From contig WVZO01000393.1 of assembly GCA_011772425.1 (NCBI GenBank), positions 1,615 to 65,614 of the forward strand: DNA of 64,000 bases, given 5' to 3'. The position numbers were made by a program, and so were the translations under genes. Under the pieces are notes generated by a model. The model was given only the letters and a program-made list of their open reading frames with translations, had not been told where the DNA came from and did not search any database. Source of the stretch: Candidatus Aminicenantes bacterium. GTDB taxonomy: Bacteria; Acidobacteriota; Aminicenantia; UBA2199. Positions within the stretch are counted from its first letter, which is position 1; the number at the start of each line of letters is the position of its first letter. This document shows, piece after piece, positions 37,087 through 45,953 of this stretch.

Positions 37087-40000
37087 TCAATCATTTTGGG
37101 TTTCTTTTCCAACTTTCTCTAATATTGCCCTCAATGCTTTTTTGGTCTCTTCTTCCACCTCTAACTGTTCGATGGCTCCCGCTACATCCCAGTTCTTTAT
37201 CTTCATCAATTTGTAAAGGTTCCTAATTGTTATATTTGTATTATAATCATCCCCATATTTGTAAAAAATTTCCAAGGTGAGACTAAAATACCACATAGAT
37301 AATACATAATCCTTCTCAGCTTTTGCTATATTACCTAACTCACCATAGACCATCGCCTGCCCATACTTATCATTGAATTCTTGACAAATCTTTAAATCTT
37401 GCAATAAATTTTTTTTTGCCTCATTCAAGTCTCCCTCTTCTTGAGCAACAATTCCCAATCCATGGTAAGTCTTTGCTTGAGCATAAACATCATTGAATTC
37501 ATGGTGAATTTTTAAAGCCTCATTGAAATTTTTTTTCGCCTCTTCCCAGTTTTGCTCTTCAAATGCCACCATACCTAATTGATGGTAATTGTTTGCTTGA
37601 CTTTGTCTGTCATTGTAATCCTGGTTAATTTTTAATGCTTTCAAGTAATTTTTTTTTGCTTCTATCCAATCTTCCTCCTCATAAGCAACATTTCCTAACT
37701 GGTGATAAGTAGATGCTTGGCCACGTTTGTTATATAATTCTTGCTTTATTTTCAATGCTTCATGATAATTTCGCTTTGCTTCCTTAAAATCCCGCTCTCC
37801 ATGGGCAACCATGCCTAATTGGTGGTAATTCACAGCTGTATCTTTTAAATTTCCAACCTGTTTAAGAAGGTTCAAAGACCTTTCATAGTTTTTTCTTGCT
37901 TCTGAAAATCTATTAATCTGTAAGTAATTTGTTCCCAAATCTCCAATTACATAGGCATATTCTGTCAAAAATTTTTGGTCTTTTTTTGAAAATAAATTTA
38001 ATTTATTAAGTACACCTTCTATTATTTTGATGGCCTCTTGATAAAGTGGTTGATGGAGATAAAATTTCGCAAATAACGAATAAATAGGATAAAAATCATC
38101 TTTGGTATCCAATAGCCAGTGCATAGCTTTGAAGAGGTTTTCCTTATCATATTCAAAAAGTTTGAACCCTAACTGCTTTATTTCTGCATTATCTGTATTG
38201 TTGGCTTCCATGAAAAGCTTATAGTTATTTGCAATAGTTGTCATATAGCCACAGAAGGCCTGTTCAAGGGTTACCTTTTCTTCCCTATCAAGAAATTGCT
38301 CAACCCGCTGCCCTAGAAAAAATGGAAGGACCGGTTGAATGGTATAGCAATTGGGAAAGATTTTTTTAAGTAATCCTTGTATTTCTCCCTGATGCAGGGC
38401 CTCCTTCAAGTTTTCAAGTGTGAGATTGGAATATGAAGTAGATTTCTGGAGACCTTTTAAATAGACTTCCAAGGACATAGTATTCAGGAAGGATGTGAAA
38501 GGGGCGAAAACCAACAGACTATTTTGGACTTCAGGATCTAAAAGGGAGAAGGAGATATTAATGCATTTGAAAATCTCTTCCGATACCTTTCTTCCTTTGA
38601 GATCGATATCTCTACCCATCAGCATTTCCCGCAATTCTTTCGCACTTCGAGTGCCCAGATTGGGTAGAATAATTTCCATTGCCAACGGGTAACCTGCAAG
38701 GATATTCATTAACCGGTTAAATTCATCACGGTCATCGATAGGGATATTCTTCACTATTCTCTCGGCCATGGCGTAACGGGACACCATATCCAACCCTTCA
38801 AGAACATAAACTTTGTCCTTAAAGGTATGTTTACCCAACCATGGCTCGTTTGAACGAGAACCCAGTAAGATTTTAATACTGGACCGCATCAAGGTTTTGA
38901 GTACTCGAACTAATTTATCCTGCTCTGTTTTTTCAAGCCTGCTTCCAGCAGCCTGCTCCGTGCCGGCAATAGACTCCATGTTATCCAATATCAAAAGCAC
39001 GGCGGATGTTTCCTTGCTTTTTTTGAGAAAATCCGCAAGGGCCATCGCTTTCATTTCTACATCCGGGGTCGCCAAGAATGTCCCATATTCTCCTTGGGGC
39101 GTCACGATTTCCGCAATGGTATTCAAAATCTCTTCCGCATGATACGGTTTTCTGTCGTATCCGAAATAAAACACATGATCGATCCATCCGGTTTTCATCC
39201 ACCATTGTGCCATGTGTCCCAACAGCGTAGTCTTGCCTGTTCCCCCCATACCTTTAATCAGTAAGATATTTTTTTCCAATAAAAGTGATTCGATAGAGAG
39301 AATATCCACGTCTCTACCCAGGAAACCATATTGACCTTCGGTTTTCACACCTTCCAGTTCCTTTTCCCTCTGCCGTTCTTGTTCCAGGTAAGCAATTTTC
39401 TCGTCTGTATCCAGCTTTTGCAACTGCAAATGGAGTGTAAAATCCCCTTTCCCCCAGACCACCGGCAAGAGCCAGTCTTCCAGGTCAACTCTCATCTCTT
39501 TGCTAAAGAATCTACATCCATCATCGAACATACCCTGGCGGGCCTTGTTCAAGGCATTACCCGGCTCTTCTCCCTGTGTTAAAGCATCGTAAAGAGTTTT
39601 CATCATGATTTGTGCACCAATCACGGTTAAGGACCAGGTCATACCTAACACCAACCTCACTCCCCTTTCAAGGAAAGTCATAGCCAGTGAAGCATCAAGG
39701 GCTAAGGCTCTTTCTACTGATTCTTTCTCTTTTTCAGACAACTTCCATGTCGCCATACTGGACTGGCAGGCATTGAGAAAACAAACCGGCACATGGGCCT
39801 CCCTGAGAAGATCGGCTGCCACATCCGCAGGCACCAGGTCATCACCCCATTCTCTCCCTACAAGGTCGATAAATGCACGTGTTCCTTCATACGCTTCCAC
39901 AGCCCTTTGTCCCCTACTCTTCCCGTTCAAGCTTTTATCCATTAATGTTTTATACTGGGGGAAACTCAGCACACAACCGTGTACGTCGAAATGGACAATA

Positions 40001-40677
40001 TGGTAAAATCCCTTCTTCTCCCTCAAATGTTCTGTTAACGACTGAAGGGTTGGCGGCCGAAGCAAGTGGACTCGTACCTGCATCCGGTTTTTCTCAATAG
40101 TTTCCACCACTGGACGAGTAATGGTGCGGTATTCGATGTCATCTTTACCCCCTGGCCGTGCAGTTACCATTAAAAGATTCAAACAGGAACTGGACTGTAC
40201 TTTCAAATCGGGAGTAACCGCCCCCGACGTCCGGATGAATTCCACGCCCATTAAACAAAATGCCTTCGATTCTTGTGGGTCTTTTAAAGATTCCCAGTGC
40301 ATTGCCTGGAATGCCGGATCCCTGGAATATACCTGAACTCTAATCTTATCCAGATCGTTCACCAGGTTTCGCCACTCTGTCAGCGCTTCGTTTTGGATAA
40401 ACAGGCTGGAAAACAATGATTCCCCATAAAAGGCGATACTTTTCTCTGCACGTTTTGCCCGTTCCCTATCGGTAAAGGGTGAAGACAGGTGGTCCTCGAA
40501 ATACCATCGCAACCTTTCTTCCTGATCGGTTTCGATCTCTCCCGGTTCTATGAATGGGTCCCGGATCGTCACTTCATAACAATTGTCCGAAGGGAAAACC
40601 ACTTCCGCCCGGAAAACGCGGTCCTCAACTTTCTCCTTTCCAATAATCTTAACAATTTTCATATCTACTTTTACCAC
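37087..40677 (-). CDS. CHAT (caspase-like protease)-NB-ARC/STAND NTPase-TPR protein
   Basis: YHIVHFDVHG and VPVCFLNACQS form the His/Cys dyad. The Walker A is GMGGTGKTT and the Walker B is AVLLILDN. The C-terminus has ~40-aa TPR units (YHQLGMVA..AKKNY..ALKI). The track start is GTG 40677; ATG 40662 (MKIVKIIG) is an alternative. Confidence 0.88.
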   Translation of the reverse strand: MVKVDMKIVKIIGKEKVEDRVFRAEVVFPSDNCYEVTIRDPFIEPGEIETDQEERLRWYFEDHLSSPFTDRERAKRAEKSIAFYGESLFSSLFIQNEALTEWRNLVNDLDKIRVQVYSRDPAFQAMHWESLKDPQESKAFCLMGVEFIRTSGAVTPDLKVQSSSCLNLLMVTARPGGKDDIEYRTITRPVVETIEKNRMQVRVHLLRPPTLQSLTEHLREKKGFYHIVHFDVHGCVLSFPQYKTLMDKSLNGKSRGQRAVEAYEGTRAFIDLVGREWGDDLVPADVAADLLREAHVPVCFLNACQSSMATWKLSEKEKESVERALALDASLAMTFLERGVRLVLGMTWSLTVIGAQIMMKTLYDALTQGEEPGNALNKARQGMFDDGCRFFSKEMRVDLEDWLLPVVWGKGDFTLHLQLQKLDTDEKIAYLEQERQREKELEGVKTEGQYGFLGRDVDILSIESLLLEKNILLIKGMGGTGKTTLLGHMAQWWMKTGWIDHVFYFGYDRKPYHAEEILNTIAEIVTPQGEYGTFLATPDVEMKAMALADFLKKSKETSAVLLILDNMESIAGTEQAAGSRLEKTEQDKLVRVLKTLMRSSIKILLGSRSNEPWLGKHTFKDKVYVLEGLDMVSRYAMAERIVKNIPIDDRDEFNRLMNILAGYPLAMEIILPNLGTRSAKELREMLMGRDIDLKGRKVSEEIFKCINISFSLLDPEVQNSLLVFAPFTSFLNTMSLEVYLKGLQKSTSYSNLTLENLKEALHQGEIQGLLKKIFPNCYTIQPVLPFFLGQRVEQFLDREEKVTLEQAFCGYMTTIANNYKLFMEANNTDNAEIKQLGFKLFEYDKENLFKAMHWLLDTKDDFYPIYSLFAKFYLHQPLYQEAIKIIEGVLNKLNLFSKKDQKFLTEYAYVIGDLGTNYLQINRFSEARKNYERSLNLLKQVGNLKDTAVNYHQLGMVAHGERDFKEAKRNYHEALKIKQELYNKRGQASTYHQLGNVAYEEEDWIEAKKNYLKALKINQDYNDRQSQANNYHQLGMVAFEEQNWEEAKKNFNEALKIHHEFNDVYAQAKTYHGLGIVAQEEGDLNEAKKNLLQDLKICQEFNDKYGQAMVYGELGNIAKAEKDYVLSMWYFSLTLEIFYKYGDDYNTNITIRNLYKLMKIKNWDVAGAIEQLEVEEETKKALRAILEKVGKETQND
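37258..38070 (-). other. TPR sensor array
   Basis: From about aa 870-1140 there are at least six 40-42 aa units with a Y(H/G)xLGxVAxxxxxxxEAKKNYxxALKIxxE core. Confidence 0.75.
38398..39330 (-). other. NB-ARC/STAND NTPase module
   Basis: The P-loop GMGGTGKTT lies at nt 39226-39252. The Walker B is LLILDN near aa 561-566. LLGSRS and GYPLAMEI follow, resembling NB-ARC RNBS/GLPL-type motifs. Confidence 0.75.
39448..40185 (-). other. CHAT/caspase-like protease domain of the STAND protein
   Basis: It covers about aa 165-410. The catalytic-type His is near aa 233 (nt 39979-39981, context HFDVHG). The Cys is near aa 304 (nt 39766-39768, context LNACQS). Confidence 0.75.
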
Positions 40678-40696
40678 ACCCTGTAAAAAAAATCAA
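40668..40696 (-). promoter_or_regulatory. Promoter-like TTGATT-N17-TAAAAG immediately upstream of the ATG at 40662
   Basis: The minus strand reads aattgattttttttacagggtgtggtaaaagtagatATG. If this promoter is used, the transcript would start at or next to ATG 40662. Confidence 0.35.
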
Positions 40697-40778
40697 TTAT
40701 TAGGCCGCAGTTTGACACAGATTTACGCAGATATAATTTTTGTTTACGAAGGGCACGAAATTTTTTGTCGTTTGTTGA

Positions 40779-41312
40779 TTATCCCTCAATCATCACTTTT
40801 ACAGTTTCGGCAAGTGGGAATTTATCCTTTTGAAGCCCTATCATTTTCTCAAAATAGTTAAATATACGAGAATAGCATTCCATAAAGATTTTCCCGGCAA
40901 CCAAAAAAACAATTAAATCAAAGCAGACTTTTGTCGAATCAAATCCACCTAAATCAATCCATTTGTCAGTATAATTGGATTTCTGTAAATGCTCATCATA
41001 TTTGGACTCCACCATTTCTACAATCTTATCATAGGTTTTGGCTTTCCGTATGGCATCATACAAATATGAAAAATCCTCTTCGGGTTCAAATATTTCCAAT
41101 TGAGCTTTGATAAAATCCACCAATCCGTCCTCTATCAATTCCTTCTTAATGATCCAGGAAACACTCTCATCATCTTCGATTTTATCGTACAAACTTAAAT
41201 TCACTTCTTTTTTTAATGCTTCGTCTGCCCTGTCCAGGGAAGCACCGTGTTTCAAATCTTCCTTGTAAATCGTAATTTTCCTGCATACTCCGACGCACAT
41301 AAACTGTCCCAT
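40779..41312 (-). CDS. Hypothetical acidic 177-aa protein (candidate partner of the CHAT-STAND gene)
   Basis: GGAGG lies 7 nt upstream of the ATG. The N-terminus is MGQFMCVGVC, with no TM segment and a composition that looks mostly helical. I recognise no family. Confidence 0.65.
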   Translation of the reverse strand: MGQFMCVGVCRKITIYKEDLKHGASLDRADEALKKEVNLSLYDKIEDDESVSWIIKKELIEDGLVDFIKAQLEIFEPEEDFSYLYDAIRKAKTYDKIVEMVESKYDEHLQKSNYTDKWIDLGGFDSTKVCFDLIVFLVAGKIFMECYSRIFNYFEKMIGLQKDKFPLAETVKVMIEG

Positions 41313-41332
41313 AAATAACCTCCTTCTTTATA

Positions 41333-41362
41333 CTTTTACCATAAGCCATAGGAAAAAATCAA
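41333..41362 (-). promoter_or_regulatory. Promoter-like TTGATT-N18-TAAAAG upstream of the 177-aa gene
   Basis: The minus strand reads aattgattttttcctatggcttatggtaaaagtataaagaaggaggttatttATG. It shares the AATTGATTTTTT and TGGTAAAAGTA blocks with the region upstream of the CHAT gene. Confidence 0.35.
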
Positions 41363-41436
41363 TTTTTTTGCCACAGATTACAACGATCATAATGGGGCAC
41401 GACATTAAGAAGCAACGTACAATGGTTGACCGTGTA

Positions 41437-41493
41437 TAAAAAGCTTTTGCGGGGGTCCAGGGGGCAGTTTTCTCGAAAAGAGTCCCCTGGCAA
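41437..41493. repeat. Third copy of the GC-hairpin REP-like element seen at 4587-4778
   Basis: aaaaagcttttgcgggggtccagggggcagttttctcgaaaagagtcccctggcaaa matches the reverse complement of the 4598-4655 arm. The differences are G-run lengths and one substitution. It lies 19-75 nt downstream of the kbl-like stop codon. Confidence 0.85.
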
Positions 41494-41511
41494 AATAAAT
41501 ACAATATTTTT

Positions 41512-42759
41512 CTATTGCCCGTACATGTCGATGACTTCTTGTTTGGTTTTGTGCAGGATGTCGTACTTCTTCCCTACGTTGATGAAGGCATCCAATGCTT
41601 TTTCCAGGTGGTGCAGCTCATGAGCGGCTGAAATCTGGGTGCGAATCCGGGCCTGACCTTTAGGTACCACAGGAAAGAAAAAGCCAATAGCATAAATACC
41701 AAGATCATAAAGGTCTTTGGCAAAATCCTGCGAAAGCTTGGCATTGAAAAGCATTACCGGTACAATTGGGGTTTCACCTTCTTTAAGAATAAAACCGGCA
41801 TCGGTCAGTCCTTTTCTCCAAAAATTGGTGTTGTTTTCCAATTTGTCCCGCCGTTCCGTGGTTTTTGAAATCAGGTTCAACACAGCCAACGCACCTTCCA
41901 CAATGACGGGAGGCATGGTGTTGGAAAAAAGATACGGTCTGGCTTTTTGCCGGCACATTTCTACCAGCTCTCCCCGGCCGGATACACAGCCGCCGGACGC
42001 TCCACCTAACGCTTTACCCAGGGTAGTGGTAATAATATCGATCTTTCCGAATACGCCGCAGTGTTCATGGGTTCCTCTCCCGGTTTTGCCGATAAACCCG
42101 GTGGCGTGAGAGTCATCCACGAAAACCATGGCGTTATATTTTTCCGCCAGTTCCACGATCCGGTCCAGTTTGGCCAAGTCACCGTCCATGGAAAAGTTGC
42201 CATCGGTGATAATCATTTTCAACCGCCTGTCCTGGTGCAGTTGGAGTTTCTTCTCCAGGTGTTTCATGTCAGAGTGCTTGAAGCTGTCTTGCATGGCTTT
42301 ACACAACCGCATCCCGTCGATGATGGAAGCATGCACCAACCGGTCGGCGATCATGACGTCATCTTCGGTTAATATGGCCTCAAATACACCGCAGTTGGCA
42401 TCCATGCAGGAGGGAAAAAGAATGGTGTCTTCGGTTCCCAGGAATTCGCTTAATTTATCTTCCAGTTGTTTATGGATATCCTGGGTGCCGCAGATAAATC
42501 GAACCGAAGACATCCCATAACCCCGGTGGTCCAATCCTTTGCGCGCCGCCTCAACCACTTCAGGAAGAGAGGAGAGTCCCAGGTAATTATTGGCACACAT
42601 GTTAATGACTCTCTTCTCTTTGGTCCCCACAGGAAAAACCACTTCAATCTCCGAATCCTGGGGAGCACAAATGATTCGTTCCTCTTTGAAAAGTCCTGCT
42701 TCCTTAAGATTGCTCAACTCATCCTGGAAAATCTTTCTATTCTCATCGCTAAAAGCCAT
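41512..42759 (-). CDS. kbl: Alpha-oxoamine synthase, closest by motif to glycine C-acetyltransferase (2-amino-3-ketobutyrate CoA ligase)
   Basis: The match to the Kbl pattern I remember is near-collinear: GLFKEERII, NMCANNYLGL, SVRFICGTQDIHK, HASIIDGMRLCKA, DDSHATGFIGKTGRGTHE, TTLGKALGGASGG, RPYLFSNT, FFFPVVPKGQARIRTQISAAH. Confidence 0.85.
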   Translation of the reverse strand: MAFSDENRKIFQDELSNLKEAGLFKEERIICAPQDSEIEVVFPVGTKEKRVINMCANNYLGLSSLPEVVEAARKGLDHRGYGMSSVRFICGTQDIHKQLEDKLSEFLGTEDTILFPSCMDANCGVFEAILTEDDVMIADRLVHASIIDGMRLCKAMQDSFKHSDMKHLEKKLQLHQDRRLKMIITDGNFSMDGDLAKLDRIVELAEKYNAMVFVDDSHATGFIGKTGRGTHEHCGVFGKIDIITTTLGKALGGASGGCVSGRGELVEMCRQKARPYLFSNTMPPVIVEGALAVLNLISKTTERRDKLENNTNFWRKGLTDAGFILKEGETPIVPVMLFNAKLSQDFAKDLYDLGIYAIGFFFPVVPKGQARIRTQISAAHELHHLEKALDAFINVGKKYDILHKTKQEVIDMYGQ

Positions 42760-42777
42760 GATGATCTCTCCTTCCGA

Positions 42778-43029
42778 CTATTCCACGCCGAATTCTTTCA
42801 TTAGTGACACAATACTATCGACAGTATCAAACGCTTCAGGGGTGGCTTTGGCATCGGGAATCTGGATATTATACTTGGTTTCCAGGAATCGTTTTAGAGA
42901 AACCATTGAAAACGAATCCACGATACCACCGGAAATCAACGGTGTATCATAGCTGACCTCGATATCATCATCATCTTCCAGGTATTCTTCTTGCACATAC
43001 TCTAAAATAACATCTTTAATATCAGACAT
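42778..43029 (-). CDS. Acyl/peptidyl carrier protein (stand-alone)
   Basis: This is an 83-aa acidic protein with a phosphopantetheine-site-like motif GGIVDSFSMVSL. It lies 18 nt upstream of the kbl-like gene and 35 nt downstream of the ligase gene. Confidence 0.75.
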   Translation of the reverse strand: MSDIKDVILEYVQEEYLEDDDDIEVSYDTPLISGGIVDSFSMVSLKRFLETKYNIQIPDAKATPEAFDTVDSIVSLMKEFGVE

Positions 43030-43064
43030 GTTTATCTCCTTCTTCTGAATTTATTTATATGATT

Positions 43065-44771
43065 TTATTCGTTATCTTCCAGTGTTGACGTGTCGCCAAT
43101 TTCTTCGCCCCATTCTTTGGCCCTGAGCAGTCGTCGCATGATTTTACCGCTGCGGGTCTTGGGGAGCGAATCCATAAACTCAATCTCCTGCGGCATAGCC
43201 AGGGGAGATAATTTTTTACGGATAAAATTCATGATTTTCAATTCCAGTTCATCAGAGCCTTTATACCCGGGTTTCAAGGCAATGAAAGCTTTTACCACTT
43301 CCATATTCACCGGGTCGGGTTTACCCACACAGGCAGATTCTGCTACTGCCTCATGCTCCAGGAGAGCCGATTCGATTTCAAATGGTCCCACCAGGTGACC
43401 ACCGGTATTGATCACATCATCGTCCCTACCCACAAACCAAAAATATCCATCCTCATCGATACTGGCACGGTCACCGCAGATGTACCAACCATTTCTAAAT
43501 TTGCTCCTATAAACCTCTTCGTTTTTCCAATAACTCCTGAACATGGACGGCCATCCGGGGATGATGGCAATCAGGCCGACGGTCCCAGATTTTTTTACCG
43601 GTTCATAGGTTTTCATATCCACCACATCGGCAGTAATTCCGGGAAAGGGTTTGCCCATGGAACCGGGTTTGATTTTCATGCCCGGGTAGTTGCATATCAT
43701 TATGCTGCCGGTTTCGGTTTGCCAGAAGGTGTCGTGAAAGCTCAACCCAAACGTTTCGCCAGACCAGATGACCGCCTCGGCATTTAAAGGCTCACCCACG
43801 GAACACATATGCCGGAGAGACGAAAGATCATATTGCTGCACCAGTTCTTTGCCTTCTCTCATAAGGGAACGGATGGCTGTGGGTGCGGAATACCAGGTGG
43901 TGATTTTATGGTCTTCAATAAATTGGTACCAGGTGTCGGCTCTGAAACCGGAATCCAACACGCATTGGGTGATGCCGTTGGACCAAGGGCCGATAATCCC
44001 ATAAGACGTACCGGTTACCCAGCCGGGATCAGCCGTGCACCAGTAAATATCTTCATCGGTTAAATCCAATACATATTTGGCGGTAATGTACTGGGAAATT
44101 AATGAGTAATGCACATGTTGGGCACCTTTGGGTTTACCGGTGGTGCCGGAGGTATAGTGAAGCACGGATGGTGTTTCGGCTGTAGAAGGAAATATCTCAA
44201 AATCTTCCACCGACGCTGCGGTTTCCATGGAAAACGCTGTCTCTCTTTGGCGCAGGGGTTTGCTGCCGTCATCATCCACGATAATTACATGCTTTAAACG
44301 GGGTAAATCATTTAAGATTTTCCTGACTTTGCCCACATGTTTTTTTTGGGTAATAATGGCAGTGGCTTCTGCATCCTCCAACCGGGTGAATAAAGATTCA
44401 CCACCAAAAGCAGAAAAAAGAGGTTGGGCAATGGCGCCCATTTTTAATATCCCCAGAAATCCAAAGTAAAGTTCCGGGACTTTATCCAGGAACAAACAAA
44501 CCCGTTCGCCTTCCTTTATACCCAGGTCTTTAAGGTACCGGGCAATGGTATTGGTAAGAACACGCATCCGGTTAAAGGTGTATTTTTTTATCTCACCGGT
44601 ATATCCCTGCCAGAAAAGGGCTGGTTTTTCTCCTTTTCCCATCCGGCAAATACGGTCCGTACAGTATTCACCGATGTTGATGATGTCTCCTTTTTTGTAT
44701 CCCAATTCAGCTTCGCAATCGTCCCATTTGAAGTTCTTGACCTTTTCTTCATAGCTGCCGATGTTACTCAT
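43065..44771 (-). CDS. AMP-forming acyl-CoA/acyl-carrier ligase, AcsA (short-chain acetyl-CoA synthetase)-like
   Basis: The motifs are LHYTSGTTGKPKG, YWCTADPGWVTG, DTFWQTETGS, GDRASIDEDGYFWFVGRDDDVI and PKTRSGKIMRR. From memory, it is collinear with Bacillus-type AcsA. Confidence 0.85.
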   Translation of the reverse strand: MSNIGSYEEKVKNFKWDDCEAELGYKKGDIINIGEYCTDRICRMGKGEKPALFWQGYTGEIKKYTFNRMRVLTNTIARYLKDLGIKEGERVCLFLDKVPELYFGFLGILKMGAIAQPLFSAFGGESLFTRLEDAEATAIITQKKHVGKVRKILNDLPRLKHVIIVDDDGSKPLRQRETAFSMETAASVEDFEIFPSTAETPSVLHYTSGTTGKPKGAQHVHYSLISQYITAKYVLDLTDEDIYWCTADPGWVTGTSYGIIGPWSNGITQCVLDSGFRADTWYQFIEDHKITTWYSAPTAIRSLMREGKELVQQYDLSSLRHMCSVGEPLNAEAVIWSGETFGLSFHDTFWQTETGSIMICNYPGMKIKPGSMGKPFPGITADVVDMKTYEPVKKSGTVGLIAIIPGWPSMFRSYWKNEEVYRSKFRNGWYICGDRASIDEDGYFWFVGRDDDVINTGGHLVGPFEIESALLEHEAVAESACVGKPDPVNMEVVKAFIALKPGYKGSDELELKIMNFIRKKLSPLAMPQEIEFMDSLPKTRSGKIMRRLLRAKEWGEEIGDTSTLEDNE

Positions 44772-44918
44772 TTACTGTTCTTTCTCCTTCGTAAGTAATA
44801 AGATTATTGCTCTTTAGACGTTCGCATATATTTTCACACTCGAACCACTAACCACTATAAAATCGCTTTGTAGACTAATTTATAAAATAAAACACACAAA
44901 AAGTCAAGGCGTTTCACC

Positions 44919-45764
44919 CTATAACCCCCTCTTTTTTTCTCCGGTTTCAATTGTTAATGAGAAAATAGGCTGCCCCACTTTCACTGGCTGGCCGATGACC
45001 CCTGGAATGGGTTCTGCCATTTTTTGGGGAAACACCAAAACAATGGTGGACCCCATTTCAAATCGTCCCATCTCTTCCAGTTGATTTACTTCCAGGTCTA
45101 ATGGTATCCACCGGTGCCGCTTTTTAGGGGTTTTAATAAATTCCATTTTGATGCTGCCGACAAAGGTGGCACCCACAGCCGCCGCATAACAGGGCAGTCC
45201 CTTCGATTCAAATTGGGTGACAATCCGTTCGTTGCGGACAAACAATCGTTCGATATTATGAATTCCCATTGGATTGACAGGAAAGAGTCTCCTGCCGGTA
45301 TGAAGGTATCGTTTAATATTTCCTGTTAAAGGATAGTGATAGCGGTGATAATTAAAGGGCGCCAGGTAAATGACAGCCACATGCCAACCTGGTGAAAAAT
45401 CAATGTTATCACAGATCAGACTGGAAATTCGATAGGTTTTTCCCTTTACCTGGGCGGCCTGATCGTGGTAAATAGTCTCCACGTTTGTCAGTATGCCGTC
45501 TGCCGGTGAAACAATGGCATTATTGTCCGGGATCAACGGCCGTTTTTCCGGGTCCAAAGGTCTAACGAAGAAATCGCATAAACTCTTATAGTCTTCCACC
45601 TGCCCCGCATATTCGTCCATATCGATATTATATGATTGGCAATACAATTCAACCAGTCCTTTGATTATAAAACGGGGATGACGAAGACGAGCAATGCGTC
45701 CCCATATCCGGCTGAATATCCGCAAGGATAAAATGGAAAGGAATAATTTCACCAAAAATTTCAT
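44919..45764 (-). CDS. psd: Phosphatidylserine decarboxylase proenzyme
   Basis: The motifs are FFVRPL, VSPADG, YLAPFNYHRYHYP and NER, plus the self-cleavage site FEMGSTIV. Confidence 0.88.
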   Translation of the reverse strand: MKFLVKLFLSILSLRIFSRIWGRIARLRHPRFIIKGLVELYCQSYNIDMDEYAGQVEDYKSLCDFFVRPLDPEKRPLIPDNNAIVSPADGILTNVETIYHDQAAQVKGKTYRISSLICDNIDFSPGWHVAVIYLAPFNYHRYHYPLTGNIKRYLHTGRRLFPVNPMGIHNIERLFVRNERIVTQFESKGLPCYAAAVGATFVGSIKMEFIKTPKKRHRWIPLDLEVNQLEEMGRFEMGSTIVLVFPQKMAEPIPGVIGQPVKVGQPIFSLTIETGEKKRGL

Positions 45765-45828
45765 GGTTAATTTCTTCTAATTTTTAATTTATTGGTATAT
45801 TTTAATCAATATCCGGGTAAGTGTCAAA

Positions 45829-45875
45829 CTTCGTGTCCCTTCGTGCTTTTTACCGCATTGTAAATGCCTTCGTGG
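45829..45875 (+). repeat. CTTCGTG word array (cttcgtgtcccttcgtgc ... ccttcgtgg), copy of the 30328-30353 element with a 20-bp insertion
   Basis: The sequence is cttcgtgtcccttcgtgc tttttaccgcattgtaaatg ccttcgtgg. It ends 15 nt upstream of a -35 box. Confidence 0.8.
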
Positions 45876-45889
45876 CTAAAATCAGCCCC

Positions 45890-45918
45890 TTGTAATTGCC
45901 GGAGATAATGTATATAAT
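45890..45918 (+). promoter_or_regulatory. Sigma70-type promoter (TTGTAA-N17-TATAAT)
   Basis: TTGTAA lies at 45890-45895 and TATAAT at 45913-45918. GGAGG at 45944-45948 precedes the start codons at 45954/45963. Confidence 0.5.
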
Positions 45919-45953
45919 ATACCACTTGCTTAAAGAAACAAATCCCGGAGGAA

